Of a stretch of DNA of 64,000 nucleotides, positions 1 through 8,990 are shown in pieces. Numbering within the stretch: position 1 is the first letter of the stretch; each line of letters starts with the position of its first letter. The translations under genes and the position numbers were made by a program. The DNA lies in sequence record DRR723986_4137. One strand, 5' to 3'. The notes beneath the pieces are model-generated. The model made no database searches. It saw nothing but the letters and a program-made list of their open reading frames with translations, and was not told the origin of the DNA.

Positions 1-151
1 CCCGCCGATAGAGCCGGGTACCGGGCACCTGCCTAATGCCAGCCGCCTTGCACATGCGACCCAACAAATAGCAACTCACGCCGATCAAGGCAGCAGCTTC
101 GACAGCGGTGACAAATTTCCTACTGTCCGTTTTGGGAGTAGATACGCTCAC
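1..151 (-). CDS. Small helix-turn-helix DNA-binding protein, excisionase/AlpA-like (3' end runs off the window; not in the ORF track)
   Basis: Manual translation from GTG at 151: MSVSTPKTDSRKFVTAVEAAALIGVSCYLLGRMCKAAGIRQVPGTRLYRR, open to the window edge. Strong RBS AAAGGAG just upstream. The T-x-x-EAAALIGVS...R-LY pattern is typical of HTH_17/Xis proteins. Confidence 0.7.
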   Translation of the reverse strand, partial: MSVSTPKTDSRKFVTAVEAAALIGVSCYLLGRMCKAAGIRQVPGTRLYRR

Positions 152-465
152 ATTTGCTCCTTTCAGATACCACACACTTCAACTACAGAATTAAACGACT
201 AGCGTTTCTTCTGCGTGCGTCACGGTTTTTGGGGCTTTTCGCAATTTTCTGTAAATTGCTTTCAGTTACCGCAATAAAGAATTTTCGCGGTACAACGGCA
301 AGCTTTGCTCGTCGAAGTCCGTCTGCGTCTGAGCGACGCTGTTAAAGCCTGCGCAACTTCACCTAGCTTTACGTTAAACTTCCTAGGGACCTGGCTCTTC
401 AAAAGCGATTGAGAGACCTAAGGTGTCACGCTACTTGCGATAAATGAACGAGCGGCTAAGCAAGA

Positions 466-1365
466 ATGGACCATCAGCGCGCCATAAGATCAATTGAAGA
501 CCTCACTAAGACCGGCAGTACAAGCGTGAGCTTTGTAACGCCAGTTGTGTCTGTTTGTCTTGCTGCCGCGAAGATTGGCTATTCGAAGGGCTTCAGTGTT
601 GAATTCAGCAGTGAAGCTACTGGCTATGCAGAAAACAATGGTCTGCGCTACCACATTGGGGAATCGAGCAACTCCCCGTCCCCAGGCGCCAGCCATGGTA
701 GGTCTTATTGTTGTGTTGAGAAGCTTTTCGGCCATGAGGATGTCGATCGAAGCAATGCTACGGTAGGGCGGCTACTTCGAAGACAATTGTCAAACTGTCC
801 GAACCAAGATCTCGTCTCCGCCACTTGTGGCGTCGTCGGAGAGCTTCACGATAACGTGGCCTCCCATGCGTACGGCGCAGGTTTCTCGGCTGCCCAGGTT
901 TACAAGGGCTCAAGGAATTCAATACAGATTGCGATCGCAGACGCTGGCTGTGGATTGCGTAAGAGTCTCTACCGTGTTGGATTCGACTTAAGTGATACGG
1001 AGTCGATTGAATGGTGTCTAAAAAGGGGCAACACAACCGCCGCGACAAAACCTTCGAGTGATCTGTTGGGCCCGCAGCGCGGTGTAGACAAGGAAATCCC
1101 AAATCGACCATCGGGAAATCACCACATGGGGGAAGGGTTATACAGGTTGGTCGAACTTGTAACGAATACCGGGGGCCAACTTTGGATATGGACAGGATTT
1201 GGCCAATTTTCGTACACGAAACATTCAACACGAACGATCGACAGCAAAGTACAATGGAACGGCACGGCGATCGAAATCGAATTGCCAATTGATGCTTTTC
1301 AGCGTTCTGAAGTCGCGACAGACGAGAACGCATTTGAGGGGCTCGCAAGGAGATTGAACTTATGA
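466..1365 (+). CDS. GHKL/HATPase_c ATP-binding protein (anti-sigma kinase-like)
   Basis: N box ELHDNVASHA, G1 IADAGCGL, G2 HMGEGLY, G3 WNGTAIEIELP. No TM segment. ATGA overlap with the next gene. Confidence 0.8.
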   Translation: MDHQRAIRSIEDLTKTGSTSVSFVTPVVSVCLAAAKIGYSKGFSVEFSSEATGYAENNGLRYHIGESSNSPSPGASHGRSYCCVEKLFGHEDVDRSNATVGRLLRRQLSNCPNQDLVSATCGVVGELHDNVASHAYGAGFSAAQVYKGSRNSIQIAIADAGCGLRKSLYRVGFDLSDTESIEWCLKRGNTTAATKPSSDLLGPQRGVDKEIPNRPSGNHHMGEGLYRLVELVTNTGGQLWIWTGFGQFSYTKHSTRTIDSKVQWNGTAIEIELPIDAFQRSEVATDENAFEGLARRLNL

Positions 1366-1658
1366 ATCAGAGATCTATTCGCCTATCGCAAGACCTGGGC
1401 AGCTACTTATCGAGTCGGGCTTCTGCCGCAAGTCTTCGCGAGCGCATCGAGCGCTCCGCCCCTGTGATCCTTGACTTCTCGGGAGTGCATTCTGTGAGCG
1501 ATTCTTTCGCTGATGAGTGCTTTGCGATTTTGGTACAGGACCATGGGCACGATTGGTTTGCAAGCAATATCTCGATTGAATCAATCAGCAATCAATCGCG
1601 TCTGGTGTTGCTAAGGGCGATTCATCTTCGGTGCGAATTCGAGCCTGCTGGATCCTGA
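1362..1658 (+). CDS. STAS-like domain protein (DUF4325-like)
   Basis: 98 aa with LSSRASA and VILDFSGVHSVSDSFADECF motifs. Translationally coupled to the ATPase. Confidence 0.8.
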   Translation: MNQRSIRLSQDLGSYLSSRASAASLRERIERSAPVILDFSGVHSVSDSFADECFAILVQDHGHDWFASNISIESISNQSRLVLLRAIHLRCEFEPAGS

Positions 1659-1708
1659 GCGGCAACCGTCAGTCTCCCTGTATCCGGAGCATATGAAGCG
1701 CTAGTTGG

Positions 1709-4099
1709 TCAGTTGACCTCGGTTCCACGCCTCTGCTGGATATCCTTGCGTGACTGTGCAGTGTTCAGCGTTTTCTGTTTCTGGTCAGCGATCTCGCGTT
1801 GTTTTGCGGTGTACCCCCGTTCCCTCGCGAGCATGGCCTCCACACGGCGGATGATCTGCTCTGAGATCTGCCGAGCATCCCGTTCGACCACAATGTTCAA
1901 CTGAGTCCGGTTGACTATTTCAGCCTGAACTTGGACAGCCTGAGCCTGGATAGCCTGCTGTTGGAGAGCAGCTTGCTGGATTCGTTGCCGTTCGCCTGCC
2001 CCAAAGCTTCCGAAGAAACCTGCTCGCTGGGCGTCCATGATATCGGCTTGCCGCACGGCGCCGGTGGCGTTCTGGGTACCGACTTGTCGTAACAGTTCCC
2101 GTTGTTCTCGGTTCAATTCGCCAGCCCTACCAGATTGGGCCAATTTCTGGGCTCGCAGCGCTTCAGCCTGTTCGCGCTGGCTTAGGTTGGCGAACCGCAC
2201 CGCTGCATCGCCCAGCTGTTCTTGAGCCGTGCTGCGGATTTTCTGCTGCGTCGAAAGCTCTTGGTCTAGTTGGCCTAATCGCTTCTCACCTGCTTGTATG
2301 GCCGCCCGGTTCATGTCCATCCGGGCGTCTGATTCGGAGCGAAGGAGGTCGATCTGATGCCTTTGATTGTCAACTAGCTGCCCAGAGATTGTTTGAGCTC
2401 TCTGCAGGGCATCTACAAACAACTCCTCCGACTTTACCTTGCCAGCACTGAATCCGTCGATCGTTTGAGTAGTCATCGCCAATTCACGGAGCAAATCACG
2501 CTGCGACATGAGAGCGGAGTTCATTGCGCTGCCCGAACCGTTGTCGAGGCGGAGCCCCCTAACAGTCTCCCGGTCACCTCTCGCTTGATCTCGCATCGCA
2601 CGTGCGGACGTCAGGTCAATGAGCCGGATCTTCGCAAGCAGCTCCTCTTGGATCGCATCGGCGACGCTTGATTGTCTGAGCTTCTGCGCGTTTTCGACCG
2701 CAACATCCCCGATGTAATCAAACGCTCCCGTGATCGAACCTACCCACGACACGACGGCTACTTCGGCCTGCCCGATTGAGTCTGACCATCCGTCGACACT
2801 TGCTCCTCCACGCCACCCGTACTCGTTGATGTCCTTGCCGAATTCCAAAGCACTCTTTCCGGCGAATGCTAGACCGGCTACCGCTGCTGCCGCAGCACCG
2901 CCGACAGCCGCCAGACTGCCTCCTACGGTCGTACCCAGTGCTCCGGCTGTCTTGGTGGCGAGTCCTCCGGCTGCTCCAGCTCCTCGGGCCAGCAGGGCAT
3001 CAACGCCAAATCCACCTACGGTCTGTGCTGTCGCGCCAATGCTTCCGCCACCACCCAGAGCCCCGGTTATGGCGTCAGCACCTATGATACCGATCACGCT
3101 GGCTGCCCCAGCGCCAACGCTGCCGCCCCTTCTCCGCCCGACTCGATTGGCGATGGCCTGGGCTCTACCCGCCCGATCTGTTGACGTCGCCAGCTTGTCC
3201 TCTGCCCGGGCAGCCCGCTCAGCAGCTTGCGCGACGTAGCGAAGTGTATCGGCGTGTTTTTTATTGCCGTTGGTAGTTTGCTTGAGCTCTACTCCTTCGC
3301 GATCGAGGATAGCGACATACTGCCGCGAAAACTCCATCAAGGCCTTTTGTTGTTGGGCCTGCCCCGCCTGGGACTGCGCGAACAACTTTGTTCGGTCGCT
3401 CAGCAAGCTTAACACCTGAACGCCACCGGAAAGCGTCTTGAAGCCCCCCAACGCGACGTCCGCTCCGCCTTTAACCTTCAGCAAGAGATCAACCAATTCT
3501 CTGGCTGACTCTGAGTCCGCCCCAAGGAACGCGAGACCGCTTGCCAGCTGCGCGACGCCAGAAGCCGACTCCTCGGCTTTCGAAGCGATCTCCCGAAAGT
3601 TACCCGACAGTTGACTCTCCACCTGCTGACCGGATGCCGACAACCGCTCCATGATGTCGGCCTGCTTTTCCAGGGCTTCAGTTGCAGCATCGGTCGCATC
3701 CGGATCTGGGGCGGGGACGGTTGGCGTAGGTGCGGGCATTGTTCCGCCAGGATCGCCACCGTAGCGCTGTGTCTGAAGCCGATTGCGACGTTGGGAGAAG
3801 CCTACCCGTTGATCCATCACCTCTAACCAGTCACTGCTCCCGGGATCACCGCTGGCACTAGCGCCGCTACCCGAACGCTCGGGGCGCGCAGTTTGAAGAC
3901 GATTCAGCTGCCGCTCATAGCCGCCTGTCTGGCTGGGTATACCCTCCGCGATTCGATGGGCTTTATCGCCCACGCTATCAATCGATGCACCAATCTGGTG
4001 CATGGTGCCACGGACTTTGTCCGCTAGGCCTCGAAGCTTTTGCTCCGTCTGTGGATGGTCGGCCAGCCCGATCCGGAAGAGTACATCTCTGTCGTTCAT
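1709..4099 (-). CDS. Phage tail tape-measure-like protein (tentative)
   Basis: 796 aa, Ala/Gln/Arg-rich helical sequence with central Gly/Ala hydrophobic stretches (GAAGGLATKTAGALGTTVGGSLAAVGGAAAAAVAGLAFAG). RBS AAAGGAG. Lies in an integrase-bearing element. Confidence 0.55.
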   Translation of the reverse strand: MNDRDVLFRIGLADHPQTEQKLRGLADKVRGTMHQIGASIDSVGDKAHRIAEGIPSQTGGYERQLNRLQTARPERSGSGASASGDPGSSDWLEVMDQRVGFSQRRNRLQTQRYGGDPGGTMPAPTPTVPAPDPDATDAATEALEKQADIMERLSASGQQVESQLSGNFREIASKAEESASGVAQLASGLAFLGADSESARELVDLLLKVKGGADVALGGFKTLSGGVQVLSLLSDRTKLFAQSQAGQAQQQKALMEFSRQYVAILDREGVELKQTTNGNKKHADTLRYVAQAAERAARAEDKLATSTDRAGRAQAIANRVGRRRGGSVGAGAASVIGIIGADAITGALGGGGSIGATAQTVGGFGVDALLARGAGAAGGLATKTAGALGTTVGGSLAAVGGAAAAAVAGLAFAGKSALEFGKDINEYGWRGGASVDGWSDSIGQAEVAVVSWVGSITGAFDYIGDVAVENAQKLRQSSVADAIQEELLAKIRLIDLTSARAMRDQARGDRETVRGLRLDNGSGSAMNSALMSQRDLLRELAMTTQTIDGFSAGKVKSEELFVDALQRAQTISGQLVDNQRHQIDLLRSESDARMDMNRAAIQAGEKRLGQLDQELSTQQKIRSTAQEQLGDAAVRFANLSQREQAEALRAQKLAQSGRAGELNREQRELLRQVGTQNATGAVRQADIMDAQRAGFFGSFGAGERQRIQQAALQQQAIQAQAVQVQAEIVNRTQLNIVVERDARQISEQIIRRVEAMLARERGYTAKQREIADQKQKTLNTAQSRKDIQQRRGTEVN

Positions 4100-4389
4100 T
4101 AGCTTGCTCCTTTTTTCGCAATCAAGCTAACACCAGAAACCTGGAACCAAAGAGCAGTCCTACTAAACAGGAGTAACCAATAGTCGCCAGCGGACAGCTG
4201 GTGCGGCCCGTGCCCTGATAATCGGTACACCCGTTCCAGTTTTCTCCCTACAGTCAGACTGCACCGAATAAAGCGTATCGCCGCTACAGAATGACTCGGT
4301 TTTCATCACTTTCTTGACGAACCAAAAGAGACTCACTCTTATTGGGCAGCCCGAGTCGGCCCCGGGTGAGGCTCTCAAGGAGGAGAAAC

Positions 4390-6453
4390 ATGACTAAGAC
4401 CTTTTGGCTAAATCTGTCGATTGTAGTGATCATGGCGGTGACTGGCTGCACGCATACACAGCTACGTTACAACACTGTTCGCCAAGCTCAGACCGTCGCG
4501 GATGTGCACACGAAACAGGTTCTGGACAACGTTGCAAAATTCGCGACCGATCCACACGCACTACCACACTTTTCGTATCCAAACCAAGGCGCTGCCGCCG
4601 TGGCGGATAGTGGTAGCGGAAGCACCAGCTTCAGCTTCACCCCACACAGGTTGGCCGGCTGGGGATTCGGCTTGGGCGGCTCCCGCACGAACAATGAGTC
4701 GTACGTGATGACGCCAATCAACGATCCTGAGCGTCTGACTCTGATGCGATGCTGCTACCAAAAAGCCGTCACAGGATGTACCGGGTGTTTCGCTGAATCC
4801 TGCGACTGCCCGAACTGCAGCAAGCGGCTTTCGAAGTTCTACACCGGTAGTGAAAACGTGAAACAGACCGGTGAGGTGACGCCAGATGGGAAGTCTGTTT
4901 ATTTGGTGAAGACAGATGTATTGATCATCTATTTCCCTCCGAGCGCGGGTGGTTCCTACTATGAAACTATCAGCAACGGCCCTGCTTACGAGCACTTCGT
5001 GACACTTGAAAAAGACGAACTCGGAAACGATATCTATCGCTACCTGCGGACCAATATTAAGTCCTCGGAAACTCAGGGAAGTGATTCTCGTTTTGACTTC
5101 CCTCCTGTTGGAACCGCCCTCTACAAACTGGGGCAGTCCGACATCTCGGCAGAGTGCGACTTGATGGCGATGCTTGATGCCTTCAACAAGTCACCTGAGC
5201 TCGCTCAGCAGGTTAGATTTGTGTTCCAAGACAGTCAGTATCTGTTGGCTGATATCGTCCCAGTCCTAGAGTTTGCGGGCTTGCTGCCACGTAGTGCGGG
5301 CCTGCCAGAGAGGTTGATGGCAAGCCCTCTGTACGGCAAGACTTTCATGTCGAGCGGTGGGCAGCTCAGTCTGACCGATGCTACCGACCTACCCGAAGCT
5401 GGGAGTTTCGCCAGTAAGGATATGTTCGAAGAGAAGCTGAGTGAGGTTCTTCAGTCAAGCTCCAGGAAGGATGAGAAGGACTTGGACACGGAGTCTTGCT
5501 TGCTTCGTACGGACGATCAGATCGCGCTAGCTGATCCTGCGGACCGCCCTATTGTCTTGATTCCGCAGGCATTCAATGCGAAGGAGGATCTTGATCGCCC
5601 GCAGGTAGCCAACTCTCTCGCTGAGCAGACGAGGAGATCGGGACGAGTTACGCCAGCTTGCGTAACGTCAGACTGCTGGTACTGCGTTGGCACGCGAAAA
5701 GAAGTTCCAAGGGGTATTCCTGCCAGTTATGTAGGGAACTTTGGTAGTACGTACGTTTGGGTCCCCAAACATGGTCGTGATCAACTCGCCAAGCTGACGC
5801 TCTGTATTCTCGACCTTGCAACCAGTGATGCTGCAACGTCCCCGACCACTGAGGTCTATGCGTTCGTTGGGGCCGACGGAAAGACGGCCACAGGCATGAC
5901 GGATGCGGCGTATGTAGCCAAAGCCACTCTCGGGCGAGGAAGTTCGTTTGGTGGCCTTCTGCCGACTTCCTCGACGAATGCGAAGCCACCATCTCTTGGT
6001 GAAATCAGTGCCCTTGAAAAGGCCAGGGACTCGCTCCGCGACGCGTTTGTTTTTGAGCTTGAATCACGGGGAATGAACGTCTTTGGTTCTGTCGCTCAAT
6101 TGAGTGAAACTGCTGACGAAGTCACATACCTCGGGTTCGACTTCAAGCAAAATTCTGTAGAGGTTGGGGATGATGCCTTGATTCGTCTTGCCGCGGCGGT
6201 CCTGAATTCGAAGGACCGAATGCCGAGCGTGCTAGTTGCCGAGAGCGATGAAAAGGCGACCGATGCGGTTACTACGAAGGTGATTCGTAAGGCTGCGAGA
6301 AACTTCTTGTCTGCCGAGCTTCGCCTTCAGCAACTCAACGGAGTAGCAGCTTCTACCGAGGGTGGAATTGTCACAGGTCCATCGAGTCCTTCGACTACGT
6401 TTAAGAGCAACATTTTGCAATTCAATCAAGCAGCAGAGGCGGTAGCGTTCTGA
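4390..6453 (+). CDS. Large hypothetical lipoprotein
   Basis: Start placed at ATG 4390 (RBS AGGAG at 4381). Signal peptide MTKTFWLNLSIVVIMAVTG-C with lipobox. Cys-rich segment CCY...CTGC...CDCPNC. Confidence 0.75.
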   Translation: MTKTFWLNLSIVVIMAVTGCTHTQLRYNTVRQAQTVADVHTKQVLDNVAKFATDPHALPHFSYPNQGAAAVADSGSGSTSFSFTPHRLAGWGFGLGGSRTNNESYVMTPINDPERLTLMRCCYQKAVTGCTGCFAESCDCPNCSKRLSKFYTGSENVKQTGEVTPDGKSVYLVKTDVLIIYFPPSAGGSYYETISNGPAYEHFVTLEKDELGNDIYRYLRTNIKSSETQGSDSRFDFPPVGTALYKLGQSDISAECDLMAMLDAFNKSPELAQQVRFVFQDSQYLLADIVPVLEFAGLLPRSAGLPERLMASPLYGKTFMSSGGQLSLTDATDLPEAGSFASKDMFEEKLSEVLQSSSRKDEKDLDTESCLLRTDDQIALADPADRPIVLIPQAFNAKEDLDRPQVANSLAEQTRRSGRVTPACVTSDCWYCVGTRKEVPRGIPASYVGNFGSTYVWVPKHGRDQLAKLTLCILDLATSDAATSPTTEVYAFVGADGKTATGMTDAAYVAKATLGRGSSFGGLLPTSSTNAKPPSLGEISALEKARDSLRDAFVFELESRGMNVFGSVAQLSETADEVTYLGFDFKQNSVEVGDDALIRLAAAVLNSKDRMPSVLVAESDEKATDAVTTKVIRKAARNFLSAELRLQQLNGVAASTEGGIVTGPSSPSTTFKSNILQFNQAAEAVAF

Positions 6454-6482
6454 TAAGGACTCCCATCGTGAACACTTAACTT

Positions 6483-6525
6483 TGGCGGTCACCTCTTCAA
6501 CTTGGGGGTGGCCGCCATCTTTTTT
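6483..6525 (+). terminator. Intrinsic terminator after the lipoprotein gene
   Basis: TGGCGGTCACCTC ... GGGGTGGCCGCCA stem (with G-U pairs) followed by TCTTTTTT. Confidence 0.75.
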
Positions 6526-6606
6526 GGGATTCGAACAACAACCAGACACAATTCGCCATCGCCTACCGTCGGTAGTTCACAACGACACCACAAAAAGGAA
6601 AGCGGC

Positions 6607-6846
6607 ATGGCATCAACGAGTCTATCTTTAGAACAACCAAACACACTCATTCTCCCGCGCAATTGGAACATCGTAGTCGCTGATATTGAGACGCGAGATT
6701 TCACGACGATGACCACCAATCTGTGTGGTTCAGACGCGGCTACCCTTTTTCGCCGCTTCAATCGCAGAGCCAAGCAGCGGCAAGCTGTCGCGCTCTTCTG
6801 GCCAAATTGGGCTCCACGCATCAGCATGAAGTTCGAGGCCGAATAG
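6607..6846 (+). CDS. Small hypothetical protein coupled to the integrase
   Basis: ATG at 6607 with upstream AAAAGGAA. 79 aa. Its TAG overlaps the integrase GTG (TAGTG). Confidence 0.5.
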   Translation: MASTSLSLEQPNTLILPRNWNIVVADIETRDFTTMTTNLCGSDAATLFRRFNRRAKQRQAVALFWPNWAPRISMKFEAE

Positions 6847-8243
6847 TGGCCTCCGTATTTAAGAAGACCTACACACAGCGCTTGCCACCGAACGCCAAAA
6901 TTGAAGGCGACAAGGTGCGTTGGAAAACTCGGGATGGTCGTTGGCGGATTGGTGAGCTGGTCGAAACAAGTTCGGGTCAACGTGTGCGGTTTAAGTCGCC
7001 GGTATGGCATTGCAAGTATCGAAATGCCGATGGTCGTGAGATCACGCAGTCAACCAAATGCCGTGACAAAGAAAACGCCAAGCAGAAGCTAGCTCAGCTT
7101 GTTGCGATGACTGAGCGAATCCTTGCGGGCGTTGTCTCAGCAGACGAAGCCGAGATTTCACAGCAACGATTCGCACCGATTGAATCGCAGGTGATCGAAT
7201 ACCTGAAGTACCTGCGAACGAAACCGGGGAAGGGGAAGCGGTCGTCTGTCACCACCAAGCATGTTGGTGAGTACGAACGGAGCTGCAAGCTCGTCATTGC
7301 TCAATGCAAGTTCAAAACACTAGCCGATGTCACTCGCGACCGAGTTCGTCTGTGGGTCAGTGACTGCGTTGAGGAACGTGCTGTTCGCAACTGGTCAAAT
7401 AGAACTATCAATGCCCATGTTGCCGCAATGTCCGCGTTCCTCAATTGGTGCGTTGAGACGAACCGGCTGGCTACCAATCCATTGATTCGGTTTCACAAAC
7501 TCGACGAGACTGCATCCAAGCATCCGCGACGAGCTCTAACCGAAGCTGAGCTAGAACGTCTACTGAAAGCTGCCCGCCTTCGGCCGGTCGCTGAGTACGG
7601 TCGTGAGGTTGAGAAACTGCCTAAGCCCGACGGCAAACGAACGGCGTGGACTCGGTTACCCCTCACGTTCGAGACCTTGGAAGAAGCCTTCGACGCCGGT
7701 TGTGGAGCGCTCCGAAGATCCCCTGCGAAGCTCAGAAGGCTGAAGAGACTCGGAGAAGAACGTTGTCTTATCTACCGAGTGTTGGTCACCACTGGCCTAC
7801 GTCGCGGGGAGTTGGAATCGATCAGAGTTCGAGACATCCACTTTTGCGCAAGCACTCTAACGTTGTCCGCGGAGAACGATAAGGCTGGTCGCGGCGCCAC
7901 GGTCGCACTCAGGTCTGACATCGCTGCCGAGCTCCGCGATTGGATCGAATCGAGGCAGCTGCCGCCTGAAGCTCCACCGCTCGTCGTACCTGACAAACTG
8001 ATTCGGATCCTGGACCGTGACCTTATCGCTGCGAACATTCCCAAAGTCGACGAACGCGGGCGGCGGATCGTCGTTCACTCGACCCGAAACACGCTGGCCA
8101 CGATGCTGAACAAAGCTGGCGTTGCACCCCGCGTAGTCCAAGAGGCAATGCGTCACAGCGACATACGTTTGACCATGCAGACCTACACCGACGCTGCCCA
8201 ACTGGACGTCGCTAAGGCTCTTGAAGGGCTACCAAAGTTCTAA
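6846..8243 (+). CDS. Tyrosine recombinase/integrase
   Basis: Likely GTG start at 6846 (MASVFKKTYT...). Catalytic motifs TGLRRGEL (R), HSTR (H-x-x-R) and MRHSDIRLTMQTY (H, Y). N-terminal arm-binding-like segment WHCKYRNADG...QSTKCRDKENA. Confidence 0.93.
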   Translation: MASVFKKTYTQRLPPNAKIEGDKVRWKTRDGRWRIGELVETSSGQRVRFKSPVWHCKYRNADGREITQSTKCRDKENAKQKLAQLVAMTERILAGVVSADEAEISQQRFAPIESQVIEYLKYLRTKPGKGKRSSVTTKHVGEYERSCKLVIAQCKFKTLADVTRDRVRLWVSDCVEERAVRNWSNRTINAHVAAMSAFLNWCVETNRLATNPLIRFHKLDETASKHPRRALTEAELERLLKAARLRPVAEYGREVEKLPKPDGKRTAWTRLPLTFETLEEAFDAGCGALRRSPAKLRRLKRLGEERCLIYRVLVTTGLRRGELESIRVRDIHFCASTLTLSAENDKAGRGATVALRSDIAAELRDWIESRQLPPEAPPLVVPDKLIRILDRDLIAANIPKVDERGRRIVVHSTRNTLATMLNKAGVAPRVVQEAMRHSDIRLTMQTYTDAAQLDVAKALEGLPKF

Positions 8244-8263
8244 TTTCACGGGCACCAAACGCA

Positions 8264-8300
8264 CGAAGGCCCCAGCAACTTCACAGAAGCTACTGAGGCC
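8264..8300 (-). terminator. Possible terminator hairpin between the convergent integrase and sigma genes
   Basis: On the minus strand GGCCTCAGTAGCTTC-tgt-GAAGTTGCTGGGGCC followed by TTCGTGCGTTT; the U tract is weak. Confidence 0.45.
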
Positions 8301-8459
8301 AACGCGATTGGAGTTCCTAGATTATCGCACTCTTCCGAGTTGCGTCGACTAAGCCTCAGCTCTCACCACAAGAACTGCCGATATTAACGGAGCGGAGCTT
8401 CGCAGCTCCGCGCTTCCTTTCGGGCTTGGCACCAATTGCGGTGCCAAGCCCGTTTGCGT

Positions 8460-8990
8460 TTAGAGTCGGTGCTTCATTTTCTTCAACGCTCGCAACCCGC
8501 GCGACACCAGCAGGCGTATCGCGTTCTCCGTCTTGCCTATCTGCTTGGCGATCTCAGGATAGCCCTTCTGTTCAAGGTAGCGGAGCTCAATGGCCTTCTG
8601 GCTGTCTGGCGACAGCCGATGCAGGTACTTCTTCACCAGTGGCAGAGTGTGCTCAGCTACCACAACGTCGATCGGCTCTGGCGTCTTTGCAAAGGGTTCG
8701 GCTCCGCGCTCTAACCGCTCCTTGCGAATATCTCGCTTCGCAGCGAAGTTCGATGCGACGGCCGTCAGGTAGCTTGACTTTGCGATGGTCAGAATCCAAT
8801 GTCGAAGTTGCTCGGGTGTTTCGGCCCTCGCTTTGTCGCGGCTCATGTGAGCCTTCATGCAAGTCACTTGAAACAGATCGTCAACGTCGAATCGGACCCC
8901 AAGGTTGCCCGACAGTTTTCGGTTAAAACGAGCTTTGATGAGAGGTTCAACTTCGCTCAGTGTGCGCGTAATGGTTTCACTAGTTGCCAT
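8460..8990 (-). CDS. ECF-type RNA polymerase sigma-70 factor, planctomycete-style
   Basis: Region 2 FDVDDLFQ...LRHWILTIA. Region 4 LSPDSQKAIELRYLEQKGYPEIAKQIGKTENAIRLLVSRGL. RBS AGAAGGAG. Confidence 0.88.
   Translation of the reverse strand: MATSETITRTLSEVEPLIKARFNRKLSGNLGVRFDVDDLFQVTCMKAHMSRDKARAETPEQLRHWILTIAKSSYLTAVASNFAAKRDIRKERLERGAEPFAKTPEPIDVVVAEHTLPLVKKYLHRLSPDSQKAIELRYLEQKGYPEIAKQIGKTENAIRLLVSRGLRALKKMKHRL

Noticed and set aside
2730-3239. Pro/Ala-rich 169-aa ORF and the many other antisense or nested ORFs in the track (e.g. 30003-30593, 32014-32676, 35982-36581, 59153-59899)
   Set aside because: Shadow frames of longer, motif-supported genes
6526-6536. GGGATTCGAAC (reverse complement GTTCGAATCCC, a tRNA T-loop motif) upstream of the integrase
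   Set aside because: No T-stem partner or acceptor strand on either side; it directly abuts a terminator T tract. Not supportable as a tRNA or att.
6723-6845. Longer N-terminus of the integrase given in the ORF track
   Set aside because: Overlaps the 6607 ORF and lacks an RBS; GTG 6846 gives a more plausible start
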